Below are positions 58,446-59,676 of a DNA stretch of 59,676 nt, one piece after another. Numbering within the stretch: position 1 is the first letter of the stretch; each line of letters starts with the position of its first letter. The notes below the pieces were generated by a model that searched no databases, was not told the origin of the DNA, and saw only the letters and a list, made by a program, of their open reading frames with translations. Source of the DNA: an uncultured bacterium (GTDB lineage Bacteria; Bacteroidota; Bacteroidia; Chitinophagales; Chitinophagaceae); assembly GCA_963923775.1 (NCBI GenBank), contig CAWULX010000001.1, forward strand, positions 1-59,676, written 5' to 3'. The translations under genes and the position numbers were made by a program.

Positions 58446-59354
58446 ATGTCTATCATAAAAGTTGAGTCCTTAAGTAAAAATTTTGGCAGTCTTGAAGCTG
58501 TTAAGGATTTATCTTTTAAAGTGAATGAAGGGGAGATATTTGGATTCTTAGGTCAGAATGGTTCTGGCAAAAGTACCACCATAAGAATGTTGCTCTCCTT
58601 AATTCATCCAAGTAATGGGTATATTGAAATTTTTGGTCAAGACATAAACGCTCATCGAAATCAAGTTGCTAAAAAAATGGGAGCCATTATTGAGCGACCT
58701 GATTTGTATCCCTATTTAACTGCTAAAGAACATTTACAATTATTTGCCAAACTAAGTCAGAAGAAAATTAGTAATGTTCAAATAGAGCATACTTTGCAGC
58801 AAGTAGGATTGTTTAAAAGAGCATTAGATAAAGCCCAAACATTTTCTTTAGGTATGAAGCAACGCCTTGGAATTGCTATTGCTTTAGTGCATCAACCAGA
58901 ACTGGTAATTCTGGACGAGCCAACAAACGGTTTAGATCCTCAAGGGATAGCAGATATTAGACATTTAATTAAGAGCTTGGCTAAAGAAGAAGGTAAGACT
59001 ATATTGGTATCTTCTCATTTGCTCACAGAAATAGAGCAAATGGCTCATCAAATTTTAATTATACATCAAGGCAAAAAAATAGCCATGGGCCCAACTGCGA
59101 CATTATTAGATCCATCAAAATCATTAATGAAACTAAGTACCAATAACGATGTTTTGGCTAAAGATAAAATTAGCCAATCTGAATTTGCTCAATATGTTTT
59201 AAATAGAGAAGAAGGTATTTATTTATCAATACCCACTGAAAAAATTGCAGCATTACATCAATATATAGTGTCTGCCGAATTGCCTATTGTATCATTAGAA
59301 TCAAAACGTTCTTTAGAAGATTATTTTTTACAAATCACATCTCAATCCAACTAA
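58446..59354 (+). CDS. ABC transporter ATP-binding protein (BcrA/ABC-2 type)
   Basis: GQNGSGKST, FSLGMKQRLG, LDEPTNGLDP, SSHLL. Confidence 0.93.
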   Translation: MSIIKVESLSKNFGSLEAVKDLSFKVNEGEIFGFLGQNGSGKSTTIRMLLSLIHPSNGYIEIFGQDINAHRNQVAKKMGAIIERPDLYPYLTAKEHLQLFAKLSQKKISNVQIEHTLQQVGLFKRALDKAQTFSLGMKQRLGIAIALVHQPELVILDEPTNGLDPQGIADIRHLIKSLAKEEGKTILVSSHLLTEIEQMAHQILIIHQGKKIAMGPTATLLDPSKSLMKLSTNNDVLAKDKISQSEFAQYVLNREEGIYLSIPTEKIAALHQYIVSAELPIVSLESKRSLEDYFLQITSQSN

Positions 59355-59676
59355 ATGTGGTCTATAATACAAATAGAATTATATAAAATTTATAAAAGAC
59401 CAAGAACCTATATTGCCTTTGGTGCCATAGCAGCATTAATTTGGGTGATTCAAATGGGCTTAAAAATAGATGGAGAGTCTTATGCTGCCTTTTTAATGAA
59501 GGATATTAATAACACTTTAGTAGTAGATGGAAAGGTGTTAAATGGGTATTTGATTTGTTATATTTTATTGCAATTATTACTAGTTCATGTGCCTTTATTA
59601 GTCGCACTGATAGCAGCTGATATGTTATCAGGTGAAGCAAATTTAGGAACACTAAGATTACTTTTCACCACACCTT
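59355..59676 (+). CDS. ABC-2 type permease, 3'-truncated by window edge
   Basis: Not in the ORF track. ATG directly after the ATPase stop; MWSIIQIELYKIYKRPRTYIAF...HVPLLVALIAADMLSGEANLGTLRLL, open to the window end. Confidence 0.85.
   Translation, partial: MWSIIQIELYKIYKRPRTYIAFGAIAALIWVIQMGLKIDGESYAAFLMKDINNTLVVDGKVLNGYLICYILLQLLLVHVPLLVALIAADMLSGEANLGTLRLLFTTP

Overview
AT-rich, densely packed chromosomal segment of a Bacteroidota bacterium. The phylum call rests on TAnnTTTG promoters, the gldKLMN operon and a long ATP synthase subunit a; a Chitinophagaceae-like lineage is an inference. It is mostly core genome. In order: end of a dTDP-rhamnose cluster (rfbB-rfbC-rfbA); a CarH/LitR-type B12-binding MerR regulator, ECF sigma and crtI-crtB-crtZ-crtY; tRNA-Arg(CCG) followed by a hairpin-rich non-coding element; Omp85-family, USP and MarC genes; a BtuB-like receptor under a cobalamin riboswitch; APC permease; TolC plus adaptor; gpsA, hemW, hemD-like and YyaL-like genes; the T9SS/gliding motor operon gldKLMN; uvrC, engB, gpmI, SUI1, dnaX, rsmE, dnaB, pheT, zapA, rny, rplS, tatA, gatA, a lytic transglycosylase, an acidic low-complexity protein, purA, rel, ABC transporters; and atpBEFHA without atpG. 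I saw no CRISPR array, transposase, integrase or prophage gene, and cannot claim a clearly new multi-gene system. The best leads are sequence-level: (1) an A10 slippage site in dnaX with stops in both alternative frames; (2) twin TGTTTAA-N16-TTAAACA operators for a probable B12 photoreceptor circuit; (3) a C-GAA-G hairpin element behind an atypical tRNA-Arg(CCG) lacking A20; (4) an SSB-like acidic tail on DnaB; (5) a GldK with no lipobox; (6) a dispersed 24-bp palindrome; (7) probable leaderless genes. All family assignments come from my motif recognition, with no database search.
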